Positions 1 to 9,045 of a stretch of 57,419 nucleotides of DNA are shown here, piece after piece. The first letter of the stretch is position 1. Every line of letters starts with the position of its first letter. The position numbers and the translations under genes were made by a program. The stretch lies in assembly GCA_902580855.1 (NCBI GenBank), contig CACHMF010000004.1, forward strand, positions 1 through 57,419. The letters run 5' to 3'. Origin of the DNA: an uncultured Bacteroidota bacterium (lineage in GTDB: Bacteria; Bacteroidota; Bacteroidia; Flavobacteriales; UBA7312). The notes under the pieces were generated by a model. That model did no database searches. It was not told the DNA's origin and worked only from the letters and a program-made list of their open reading frames with translations.

Positions 1-1350
1 GGTAAAATGGGACAAATTAAAGAACAGGGTTATCGCTTTGATACGGGCCCATCACTTTTCACTAAACCCCATCTATTAGAAGAACTTATTCTTTTGTGCA
101 ACAAAGAACCAAATGAGTATTTTCATTATTATAAGCTCAATGAATCATGCCGATATTTTTTTGAAGACCAAACTATGATTATCGGTTATTCAGATTCAAA
201 GCTTTTAGCAAAAGAGCTTTCTAAAAAGACTAATATTGATTCCTCAAAGGTTATTAATCACTTAAAAAAAAGCGCTTTTCTTTATAATTCTACTAGAAGA
301 TTATTTTTAGAGAATTCATTACACAAGCTTTCTACCTATCTTAATTTCAAATCGTTTATTGCCATATGCAAAATACCTTTTCTTGATCTATTCACATCTA
401 TGAGCAAACGAAACAAAAAGCGTTTCAACGATACAAAAACTGAACAAATCTTCAATCGTTATGCTACATATAATGGATCAGATCCTTTTAAAGCTCCTGC
501 AATTTTAAACTTAATCCCACATCTTGAAATTAATCAAGGAGCATACTTTCCTGAAAAAGGAATGCGCTCTATTTCAAATTTATTAGAACGCCTGTGCAGA
601 GAAATGGGCGTGCATATACATACAAACACAAGTGTAGAAAGTATTTCTCATGAAAACCAAAAAGTTAATGGTGTTCATACCAAAAATGAATTTCACGAAT
701 CAGATATAGTTATTTGCAATCAGGATATTTATTTTGTTTATGAACGCCTATTAAAAAACAAAAAAGTTGCTCAGGATTTAAAGCAACAGGAACGTTCAAC
801 TTCAGCAATCATTTTTTACTGGGGTATTAATAAGGAATTTGATGACTTGAAGCTTCACAATATCTTTTTTTCAAAAAATTACAAGGACGAGTTTAATGAG
901 ATTTCTTGCGAAAAGAATGTGCCTGATGATCCGACTATTTATGTAAACATTACTAGTAAAGAACAAAAAAATGATGCTCCAAAAAATTGTGAGAATTGGT
1001 TTGTTATGATCAATACCCCTTCAAATTATGGTCAGGATTGGGAAACTATCGTTTCTAGAGCTAGGAAAAATATAATTGATAAGCTAAATAGAATTTTGGG
1101 CACCACAATTGAGCATCATATTGTTTTCGAGAATATATTAGACCCGCGAAGTATTGAGTCAAAAACAGGTTCTTATAAAGGATCATTATACGGATCAGCT
1201 TCTAACAAAAGAAAAGCAGCTTTTTTTAGACATCCAAACTTTTCTAAAAATATTCAAGGTTTATATTTTTGTGGTGGTAGCGTTCATCCTGGAGGCGGGA
1301 TTCCATTGGCATTATCATCGGCTAAAATTGTAGACAAATTGATTGCATGA
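1..1350 (+). CDS. crtD: 1-hydroxycarotenoid 3,4-desaturase (CrtD, phytoene desaturase family), 5'-truncated by the window edge
   Basis: Frame is open from base 1 (G-K-M-G...GYRFDTGPSLFT follows the missing FAD-binding GxGxxG motif). C-terminal 'FFRHPNFS..IQGLYFCGGSVHPGGGIPLALSSA' is typical of Bacteroidota CrtD. Adjacent to cruF. Confidence 0.85.
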   Translation, partial: GKMGQIKEQGYRFDTGPSLFTKPHLLEELILLCNKEPNEYFHYYKLNESCRYFFEDQTMIIGYSDSKLLAKELSKKTNIDSSKVINHLKKSAFLYNSTRRLFLENSLHKLSTYLNFKSFIAICKIPFLDLFTSMSKRNKKRFNDTKTEQIFNRYATYNGSDPFKAPAILNLIPHLEINQGAYFPEKGMRSISNLLERLCREMGVHIHTNTSVESISHENQKVNGVHTKNEFHESDIVICNQDIYFVYERLLKNKKVAQDLKQQERSTSAIIFYWGINKEFDDLKLHNIFFSKNYKDEFNEISCEKNVPDDPTIYVNITSKEQKNDAPKNCENWFVMINTPSNYGQDWETIVSRARKNIIDKLNRILGTTIEHHIVFENILDPRSIESKTGSYKGSLYGSASNKRKAAFFRHPNFSKNIQGLYFCGGSVHPGGGIPLALSSAKIVDKLIA

Positions 1351-1967
1351 GAAATCATAAAGAAAATATTGGATTAGCACTATTAATAATTATCAATATA
1401 GTAGGTGTTGTTGGATTTCGTTCAGATTGTCTTTTGCCTTATTTTAAATCATTAACTCCATTTAATCTGCTTTTCTCTCTTTTGATCTGCTTTTTCTACC
1501 TTCCATGGAGATCCTTTATTTCTATTTTTCTTCTTCTATTTTCTATAGGTTTTGGTGTAGAGTTTCTAGGTGTAAAAACAGGCCTTCTTTTTGGAAGTTA
1601 TGAATACGGTTCTACACTGGGTTTTAAATGGTATAACGTTCCTTTAATTATTGGCGTAAATTGGTTTGTACTTGCAATAGGAGCAAGAGGGTGTGCGAAC
1701 CGTATTACTGAAAATACTATCTTCCAAGTTTTGTGTGCTGCTTTATTTATGGTAGGATTAGATTATTTTATTGAACCTGTGGCTATGAAATATGACTTTT
1801 GGGACTGGTCTCAAAACAAAGTTCCACTGCAAAATTATTTTATGTGGTTTCTTGTTTCTATATTGATGCAAATTTTGTTGAATAAAAGGAGCATACAAAT
1901 ACCCTTTTCACTTGCATTTGCTATACTAATCTCGCAATTCATTTTTTTCGGAGCCTTATTATTATGA
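1347..1967 (+). CDS. cruF: carotenoid 1,2-hydratase (CruF / carotenoid biosynthesis membrane protein)
   Basis: Multi-TM protein with 'E.LGV.TG..FG.Y.Y...LG', 'VP..IG.NW', 'D...EPVA', 'VP.QNY..W' motifs. ATGA overlap with crtD. Confidence 0.85.
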   Translation: MRNHKENIGLALLIIINIVGVVGFRSDCLLPYFKSLTPFNLLFSLLICFFYLPWRSFISIFLLLFSIGFGVEFLGVKTGLLFGSYEYGSTLGFKWYNVPLIIGVNWFVLAIGARGCANRITENTIFQVLCAALFMVGLDYFIEPVAMKYDFWDWSQNKVPLQNYFMWFLVSILMQILLNKRSIQIPFSLAFAILISQFIFFGALLL

Positions 1968-2674
1968 TAGATTGGTTAGACACTAGGCACTACTATTTAC
2001 TTTTAATGCTATTAAGTATCAGTTACCCCTTTATTAGAAGTTTTGAAAATAAGATAAGTTTCTATAAAAACTGGAAGGCTTTAGCATTGGCCATAACACT
2101 TATGATGATGATTTTTATTACGTGGGATGTTATTTTCACAACTCTTTCGGTATGGTCATTTAATGACAGGTATATTTTAGGGTACAAGCTTTTGAGTTTA
2201 CCCATTGAAGAGTGGATGTTTTTTGTTTGTGTACCTTATTCATGTATATTTATTCATGAAGTATTAAATTATTTCTTTCCACTAAAAAAAATCAATATAA
2301 ATATACATAGGTGGAATTATTGGGTTGCATTACTGTTAATTGTTATCGGAGTTGTATGTTGGAGCAAAATATATACCTGTGTTTGTTTTACACTTACAGG
2401 TCTATTTTTGTTATTGTTACAACGAAAAAATACTCAACTAATAGCAGTAACATATCGTACTTTTATAGTGAGTCTAATACCTTTTTTTATTGTTAACGGG
2501 ATATTGACAGGAGCATTAACAGATGAGCCAATCGTAATGTATAATAATTTACAAAACACTATGATCAGAATAATCACAATTCCTATTGAAGATTTTGTTT
2601 ATTGCTTATTTATGCTCGGGTTAACGATTTGGATTTACGAATCACAAAAAAAGAGGATAAAATCTAAACCTTAG
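1964..2674 (+). CDS. crtY: lycopene cyclase, fused membrane CrtYcd type
   Basis: Two repeats of the P(I)EE/ED motif ('LPIEEWMFF', 'IPIEDFVY'), plus 'WD' and 'VNGILTG'. ATGA overlap with cruF. Confidence 0.85.
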   Translation: MIDWLDTRHYYLLLMLLSISYPFIRSFENKISFYKNWKALALAITLMMMIFITWDVIFTTLSVWSFNDRYILGYKLLSLPIEEWMFFVCVPYSCIFIHEVLNYFFPLKKININIHRWNYWVALLLIVIGVVCWSKIYTCVCFTLTGLFLLLLQRKNTQLIAVTYRTFIVSLIPFFIVNGILTGALTDEPIVMYNNLQNTMIRIITIPIEDFVYCLFMLGLTIWIYESQKKRIKSKP

Positions 2675-2682
2675 CTTTTTAT

Positions 2683-2690
2683 TATTTTTG
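2683..2690 (+). promoter_or_regulatory. Bacteroidota sigma-A -7 element TATTTTTG upstream of GT4 gene
   Basis: Matches TAnnTTTG; the ATG starts 5 nt after the final G. Confidence 0.55.
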
Positions 2691-2694
2691 CAGC

Positions 2695-3732
2695 ATGGCT
2701 AAAAGGCAAAAGGTTTTTTTAGGTGCATATGTCAATAGTATAAATGCGCAAAACTTAAATTGCAGAGCTCTAGCACTACATTTAGATTCGAAAAGATTTA
2801 AATGTAGTGCAATGGAGTTACAAACAGGAGAATTATCTTCCCTTTCTGGTTCAATAAAAATTTTTAAAGTATGCTGGCCACATCGGCTTAACAAGTATAC
2901 CTCCTACCTAAGAGGTATTTTATGGGCGGACGTAGTATATCTGCCCAAAAGAGAAGTGTCAAGATGGTGTCGATTTTTATGTTGGTTATTCAAAAAGCCA
3001 AGTTTTAGCACTATGGAAAGTGTTGACGAGGGGGCAAACTGGGATAAACAGCTAAAAAAATTTGGAAATAAAATAGCATACTTGAGACACTACAAGGGAT
3101 TTAACAAGCTTTTTGCAATAAGTAAATTTATTTCTAATAAAAATGCAGATTTACATGAAATAAGTTTCGATGGTTTGTTGCCTTTGGGAGTGGATTCAAC
3201 TTCTTTTGATAGCAATATTAAAAAAGAACTTCAATCAGTAATTTTAATAGGGAATAACTTATACTATAAAGGTTGGCGATTTTATTTACAGTTAGCTACG
3301 GCATTTCCGACTATCACTTTTCATGTGGTAGGAAGTGGGGTAGGATTGGTTGACCCGAAAAAAGAAAGTCAACATCTAAACAATGTTGTTTGTCATGGAC
3401 GGTGCACACATCACGAGCTAAACGAAATTCTTAAAACTGTAGATCTTCATATTTTGCCCTCTAGAAACGAAGGCTTCCCAAAAGTAGTTTTAGAATGTGC
3501 GGCTGCAGGTATTCCTAGTTTACTTTTTTCAGATTATGGAGCAAAAGAATGGATGGAAGGAGGCTTTGTAGTTGAAAAGAATGAAGAAATGAAGCAAATA
3601 ATTAATTTGCTATTACAGGATCCAAATCGTCTGTGTCAAGCATCAAGCCAGTCAATACTACTAGCAGAAAAGTATGATTGGAAACATGTTGTAAAGCATT
3701 GGGAAGAAGTATTGAGCAGCTTAAGTCCTTAA
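2695..3732 (+). CDS. glycosyltransferase family 4 (GT-B)
   Basis: C-terminal 'ILPSRNEGFPKVVLECAAAGIP' E-x7-E motif and 'KYDWKHVVKHWEEV' terminus. Confidence 0.85.
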   Translation: MAKRQKVFLGAYVNSINAQNLNCRALALHLDSKRFKCSAMELQTGELSSLSGSIKIFKVCWPHRLNKYTSYLRGILWADVVYLPKREVSRWCRFLCWLFKKPSFSTMESVDEGANWDKQLKKFGNKIAYLRHYKGFNKLFAISKFISNKNADLHEISFDGLLPLGVDSTSFDSNIKKELQSVILIGNNLYYKGWRFYLQLATAFPTITFHVVGSGVGLVDPKKESQHLNNVVCHGRCTHHELNEILKTVDLHILPSRNEGFPKVVLECAAAGIPSLLFSDYGAKEWMEGGFVVEKNEEMKQIINLLLQDPNRLCQASSQSILLAEKYDWKHVVKHWEEVLSSLSP

Positions 3733-3772
3733 AGGAGTTCAAAGCTTAATTTAATAAGCCCCATCATTTTCT

Positions 3773-3780
3773 TAACTTTG
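3773..3780 (+). promoter_or_regulatory. -7 promoter element TAACTTTG for the 3828-11048 operon
   Basis: Exact TAnnTTTG(C) match in the 95-bp intergenic region. Confidence 0.6.
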
Positions 3781-3827
3781 CGTTTATAAGCTTTGAACTA
3801 CTAAAAGGTTTTTAGAAAAATCAATCT

Positions 3828-5354
3828 ATGAAATTAGCCAACAATCTATTAATTGCAATAATAATGTTGCTTTTTAATTCGGCTTATTCCCAAACCATAG
3901 GAGAGTCTTCAGTTTATTTTATGTACTCTCCATTGCAAAGTAGTACCACCTATTTAGTAGATACTGATGGGGTAGTATATCATACATGGGATTGTATTGC
4001 TAGCCCAGCTAGTACAGCATATCTTCTTCCTGATGGAAGTATTATTCGACCGTATAGAGTTAGTAGCCCAACTATGATGGGAGGAGCAACAGGTGGTGGA
4101 ATGCAGCGTATAGATTGGAACGGAAATGTTATATGGGACTACACTTGGTCTGATCCTAATCATCAACAGCACCACGAGTGTATTCCAATAGATCAAGGAA
4201 ATGGGAATTATAATGTGTTAATTATTTCTTGGGAGCGAAAAAGTAATGTAGAAGCTATTCAAGCTGGGCGTCAAAATGTAAATGGAGAAATGTGGCCCTT
4301 AGAAATTTTAGAAATAGAGCCTCAAGGAAATAATGGTGGGAATGTTGTTTGGGAATGGCATGCTTGGGATCACCTTTGTCAAGATATTGATTCTACAAAA
4401 GATAACTATTATATAGATTGTTCGTTACATCCAGAACTTATAGATGTGAATATTGGAACATTACCAAGTGGAGGGCCGTTAGGAGGCAGTGGAGACTGGA
4501 TACACGCTAATGGTATTGATTATTGTCCAGAACTTGATCAAATTGTTTTCAGCTCTCATAAGCTACATGAAATATTTGTAATTGACCATAGTACTACAAT
4601 TAATGAGTCAGCGAGCCATAGCGGAGGAAATTCTGGGATGGGAGGAGATATCTTATATCGTTGGGGCAATCCTCAAAATTATGGAGCAGGAACAGCAGCA
4701 GACCAAATTCTTCATGTAGTTCATAGTGCTAACTTTATCGATACTGGATATCCAGGAGAGGGCAATATATTAATGTTTAATAACGGAGATAGAAGCGGTT
4801 CTCAAAATGACTATTCTTCGGTTGAAGAAATAACAGCTCCTTTGAGCGGATATACCTATAATCTACCGTATAACCAAAGTCAGCATTGGATGTACTCTAA
4901 TGGCGGGACATTTTATTCAAATCATTTATCAGGAGCCTTCAGGTTAAAAAACGGCAATACATTAGCAACAGAAGGAACTTCGGGAAGAATTTCCGAAATT
5001 GACAATAATGGAAATATTATTTTTCAATACACTCATCAAGGCGGAGGAAGTAACATGGCTAAAGCGGTTCCATATGAGAAGGATTATGAAGGAATATTGG
5101 GTTTAGCAACAGGTGTTTCGACTCATGAGAAACAAGTATATCACATATATCCAAACCCGGCAAATCATTTTATTCAGCTTTCAACAGATGAGGAAGGTGA
5201 ACTTAAAATTATAGATTTTCTAGGGAAAGTGAGCCATGTAGAATCATTTAAGAAAAGTAGCCGTATAAATATAGAGAATTTACCCAGTGGTGTTTATTAC
5301 ATACAATTGCAAACAACAGAACATTTGTACACAAAATCCCTTATTATTCAATAA
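3828..5354 (+). CDS. arylsulfotransferase (ASST)-like beta-propeller protein with T9SS type A C-terminal sorting domain
   Basis: Signal peptide (SAYS/Q). 'QHHE', 'VWEWHAWDHL', 'DWIHANGIDY', 'GDILYRWGNP.NY', 'ILMFNNG' are ASST motifs. C-terminal 'IYPNPAN...LPSGVYYI...KSLIIQ' CTD. Confidence 0.8.
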   Translation: MKLANNLLIAIIMLLFNSAYSQTIGESSVYFMYSPLQSSTTYLVDTDGVVYHTWDCIASPASTAYLLPDGSIIRPYRVSSPTMMGGATGGGMQRIDWNGNVIWDYTWSDPNHQQHHECIPIDQGNGNYNVLIISWERKSNVEAIQAGRQNVNGEMWPLEILEIEPQGNNGGNVVWEWHAWDHLCQDIDSTKDNYYIDCSLHPELIDVNIGTLPSGGPLGGSGDWIHANGIDYCPELDQIVFSSHKLHEIFVIDHSTTINESASHSGGNSGMGGDILYRWGNPQNYGAGTAADQILHVVHSANFIDTGYPGEGNILMFNNGDRSGSQNDYSSVEEITAPLSGYTYNLPYNQSQHWMYSNGGTFYSNHLSGAFRLKNGNTLATEGTSGRISEIDNNGNIIFQYTHQGGGSNMAKAVPYEKDYEGILGLATGVSTHEKQVYHIYPNPANHFIQLSTDEEGELKIIDFLGKVSHVESFKKSSRINIENLPSGVYYIQLQTTEHLYTKSLIIQ

Positions 5355-6418
5355 TGAAAAAGATAATATTTATTATTCCATTCTTGTTGTGCTTTCAAAA
5401 AGTAAAGGCACAATCCATAATATTACCTGAATTAAATTTAGCAACCTCATTTTATTTTGATCAATGGGTACTAAGCTCAGATACCTTTTTTGTAGCACCT
5501 GTTTATATTGACACCTATCTAGATTTTAATGAATTTCATTTAAATATTAAATATAACCATAATGTAGTAGAGCCCTTAATTAGTGAGTTAAACCAAATCA
5601 ATGACGATAGCTATATTATGGTTGCCAACTATATGGGTTTTGCTGATTTTGCAATGGTTAGTGGAGGTAATATTACTGGTGTAGTGAACACTATAAATGC
5701 GTCACAATCACTTCTAACCTTGTCGTTTAACGGAAGTACTGCCGCACAAACATTGTTTAATTCTTGTAATGGGAACTTATTATATTTAGCTTTTAAAAAG
5801 GTTAATCCTTGCTTCAAAGGGCCTTTTTATTTGCAGTTTTGGAATGGAGATGATAATGGAGCCTTTATCAATCCAAACCAAACACATGCATGTCAAATTA
5901 TCGGGACAACAACTACCCACTCTACAGAAACTGGAAATCTTTTAGCGGTCCAAGGAGAGGTTACTTTTGATATCCCACAAGCAAATATTCAGTTAAATGG
6001 AAATATTTTAGAAGCATTTGTAGTAGGTGGTTCATTGCCGCTATCTTATGAATGGTCTGACAAGTTTGGAACGGTGTTAGGGAGTAGTTATGATTACTCT
6101 CCGATTGATACGGGAATGGTTGTACTAACTGTCATAGATGCAGATGGATGCATGAGTGTCACAAGCCATAATTTTTATTTTTCTTCAAGCACTATTAATG
6201 AGGAAAATAGCTTTCAGACTATATATCCAAACCCTTCAGGGGGTATAATTCATTTGCAGAAAGAGATAGACAGAGTTGTGGTCTTAAATACAATGGGGAA
6301 CGTATGTTATTTAGGAAAAGAAAAAGTTATAGATTTAACATCATTTCAGAAAGGAGTTTATTTGATTCAAACAACAAGAAATAATTACACAACAACCGAA
6401 AAAATAATATTGCATTGA
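5354..6418 (+). CDS. T9SS cargo protein: probable cohesin-like beta-sandwich, SprB/Ig-like repeat and type A CTD
   Basis: Signal peptide (KVKA/Q). 'GGSLPLSYEWS...LTVIDADGC' SprB-like repeat and 'IYPNPSGG...KGVYLI...EKIILH' CTD. The cohesin call rests on alternating beta-strand pattern only. TAATG coupling to the upstream gene. Confidence 0.6.
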   Translation: MKKIIFIIPFLLCFQKVKAQSIILPELNLATSFYFDQWVLSSDTFFVAPVYIDTYLDFNEFHLNIKYNHNVVEPLISELNQINDDSYIMVANYMGFADFAMVSGGNITGVVNTINASQSLLTLSFNGSTAAQTLFNSCNGNLLYLAFKKVNPCFKGPFYLQFWNGDDNGAFINPNQTHACQIIGTTTTHSTETGNLLAVQGEVTFDIPQANIQLNGNILEAFVVGGSLPLSYEWSDKFGTVLGSSYDYSPIDTGMVVLTVIDADGCMSVTSHNFYFSSSTINEENSFQTIYPNPSGGIIHLQKEIDRVVVLNTMGNVCYLGKEKVIDLTSFQKGVYLIQTTRNNYTTTEKIILH

Positions 6419-8637
6419 TAAAGAAATATGTTTGGGCCTTATTGGTTCTTTGTTGGGGACATGCACATACACAATCATTGTACGATAACACCAATGTTAC
6501 GACAATTGAAATCTTCTTTTCCACCTCTAATTGGGATCAGATTTTAGACAATTATTATGCCGCAGGCATGGATCAGAGGTTAATTGCTGATTCAGTTGTG
6601 ATTAATGGAAGCATGAAGGACAGTGTTGGAGTGAAGTATAAAGGTAACAGCACTTACAATGCTAACAATGATAAAAATCCATTAAACCTGTCTTTAGACT
6701 ATATCAAAGGAAATCAAGATTATCAAGGGTTTAGAACTATTAAGCTATCTAATGGAAAAAATGATCCATCTTTTATTCGAGAAGTTCTTTCTTATGAAAT
6801 AGCGCGAAAATATATGGTGGCCCCGCAATCTAATTTTGCAGAGGTGCATATTAACGGGAATTATCACGGAATGTATGTTAATTCAGAGTCTATAAATTCT
6901 GACTTTCAAGATGATTATCTCTACGCTGATCGAGACAATACGCGCTTTAAGTGCAATCCGGAAACTGTCTTTGGAGGCAACGGCTCTTCTTTAGAATACT
7001 TAGGAACCGACTCTGCTTTTTACGAAGATTATTATGAGTTGAAGTCTGATTTTGGTTGGCAAGATTTAATCAACCTTACATATGATATAGTTAATAATCC
7101 ATTAAACTTAGAATCTTCATTAGATATTGATAGAGCATTATGGATGTTAGCATTTAACAATGTCCTGGTGAACCTTGATAGCTATACAGGGCCTTTCCGT
7201 CAGAATTATTACTTAATAAAAGATAATAATAATCGAATGAACCCGATTATTTGGGATTTAAATGAGTGTTTAGGCGGTTTTGAAATGATTAATAATGGAG
7301 GAGGCCCTCCCTCGCTTCAAAATTTAATCCAACTTGACCCTTTAATTAGAATCAATGAAGCTGACTGGCCACTAATACAAACACTACTGAATAATGACAC
7401 TTATCAGCGAATGTATATAGCGCATATGCGAACAATTCTAGAAGAGAATTTTTCAAATGGACTATACCTAACAAGAGCCAACGATTTACAATCTCTAGTG
7501 AGTAGCTTGATTCAGGCAGATGCTAATTCGTTTTATTCTTTTAACGATTTTTCAAATAATATTAATAATTCTGTTGGTGGAGGTCCTAGTGGCTCAGTAG
7601 GAATTACAGAATTGATGGATGCTAGAACAAATTTTTTACAATCACATTCTTTGTTTTTAGTTGCTCCACCTAGTATTGGAGCAGTGTCATCAACTCCATT
7701 ACAAATAAACCCTTACACTGAACCATTTATTACGGTAGATGTTAGTAATGCCACAAATGTATATTTAGCCTATAGGTTTAGGCCACAAGATGTATTTACA
7801 AAACTCGAAATGTTTGATGATGGAATGCATGGAGATGGAAGTGCAGGAGATGGGATTTATGGTATAGATGTTATGGTAGACGCTAGAGATATGCAGTATT
7901 ACATTTATGCTGAAAACAATGATGCAGGAGTATTTTCTCCAGAAAGGGCAGAGCATGAATATCATTATCTTCCTGTTGTTAGCGATTTAGTAATCAACGA
8001 GTTAATGGCGTCTAATATGAATGCGGTAGCAGATCAAAATGGAGAATATGATGATTGGGTAGAGTTATACAATAACGGCACAAACTCAATCATGCTAGAT
8101 GGCTATTTTCTTTCTGATAATGAAAATAATCTAGGTAAATGGCAATTTCCTAACACAGTCCTTCCATCTGGAGGATACTTAACAGTTTGGCTTGATGGAC
8201 AGGATGGATTACAAGCAGGTTTACACACAAGTTTTAAACTATCTGCTGATGGAGAGGAACTGTTTTTGTCAACCCCAACTTTAGACGTGGTCGATGCTAT
8301 TTTTTACACAGCTCTCCCTACAGACATGTCGTTTGCTCGTGTTCCAAACGGAACAGGCCCTTTTACAGTTCAGGCACATACAAACAATGCTAATAACAAT
8401 GGGGTGCTAGAGGTTTTACATTTAGAAAATGAAGTTCTTCTTTATCCAAATCCAACACAGTCAACAATAACAATTGAGCATCCTTCGATAGAAAAGATTG
8501 CTATTTATGATGTGATGGGGAAGTTAATGCATCTAGAAAAATCATACGAAACAACAACAATAAATTGCGAGCATTGGCCTGCAGGAATGTATATTGTAAA
8601 AGTAGGAACTCAAGCACATCGTTTAATTATTCAATAA
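6415..8637 (+). CDS. CotH-family kinase with choice-of-anchor X, lamin-tail domain and T9SS CTD
   Basis: 'VGVKYKGNST', 'REVLSYEI', 'NLDSY...NYYL', 'PIIWDLN' CotH motifs. 'MFDDGMHGDGSAGDGIYG' (anchor X), 'LVINELMASN..DQNGEYDDWVELYN' (LTD), 'LYPNPT...GMYIVKV' CTD. TTG start overlaps the upstream TGA. Confidence 0.88.
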   Translation: MIKKYVWALLVLCWGHAHTQSLYDNTNVTTIEIFFSTSNWDQILDNYYAAGMDQRLIADSVVINGSMKDSVGVKYKGNSTYNANNDKNPLNLSLDYIKGNQDYQGFRTIKLSNGKNDPSFIREVLSYEIARKYMVAPQSNFAEVHINGNYHGMYVNSESINSDFQDDYLYADRDNTRFKCNPETVFGGNGSSLEYLGTDSAFYEDYYELKSDFGWQDLINLTYDIVNNPLNLESSLDIDRALWMLAFNNVLVNLDSYTGPFRQNYYLIKDNNNRMNPIIWDLNECLGGFEMINNGGGPPSLQNLIQLDPLIRINEADWPLIQTLLNNDTYQRMYIAHMRTILEENFSNGLYLTRANDLQSLVSSLIQADANSFYSFNDFSNNINNSVGGGPSGSVGITELMDARTNFLQSHSLFLVAPPSIGAVSSTPLQINPYTEPFITVDVSNATNVYLAYRFRPQDVFTKLEMFDDGMHGDGSAGDGIYGIDVMVDARDMQYYIYAENNDAGVFSPERAEHEYHYLPVVSDLVINELMASNMNAVADQNGEYDDWVELYNNGTNSIMLDGYFLSDNENNLGKWQFPNTVLPSGGYLTVWLDGQDGLQAGLHTSFKLSADGEELFLSTPTLDVVDAIFYTALPTDMSFARVPNGTGPFTVQAHTNNANNNGVLEVLHLENEVLLYPNPTQSTITIEHPSIEKIAIYDVMGKLMHLEKSYETTTINCEHWPAGMYIVKVGTQAHRLIIQ

Positions 8638-8639
8638 TA

Positions 8640-9044
8640 ATGAAGAAAGGAATCACAATACTCAGCCTACTAATTCTTGTTGCAGCGTGCGACAAGCCTT
8701 CAGGGGAAGGAGGAACTTCTTCCATCGAAGGTAAAATTTTAGTTCTAGAAGGGTTTTATAATGTATTTACTCAGAGTTTTGATACAACAGCATTGTATTT
8801 TTCTGAAAATGAAGACGTCTATATTATTTACGGAAGCGATTCATCCAGTATATATAACGATTCATTTGAAACATCTTGGGATGGAACGTATCGATTCGAT
8901 TATTTGCGCAAAGGAAACTATGTGCTGTACGCATACAGTGATTGTGATAGTTGCCCATCAGGCAAAGAGCCTGTTTTTTGGGAGGTAACGATTGACAAAA
9001 ACAATCAATTATATCAGATTTCGGATCAAGTAATACGCAAGTAA
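8640..9044 (+). CDS. lipoprotein, probable prealbumin/carboxypeptidase-regulatory-like fold, with CxxC
   Basis: Start reassigned to ATG 8640 (MKKGITILSLLILVAAC, lipobox). 'DGTYRFDYLRKGNY.LYAYS' beta-sandwich pattern and 'CDSC'. Confidence 0.7.
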   Translation: MKKGITILSLLILVAACDKPSGEGGTSSIEGKILVLEGFYNVFTQSFDTTALYFSENEDVYIIYGSDSSSIYNDSFETSWDGTYRFDYLRKGNYVLYAYSDCDSCPSGKEPVFWEVTIDKNNQLYQISDQVIRK

Positions 9045-9045
9045 A

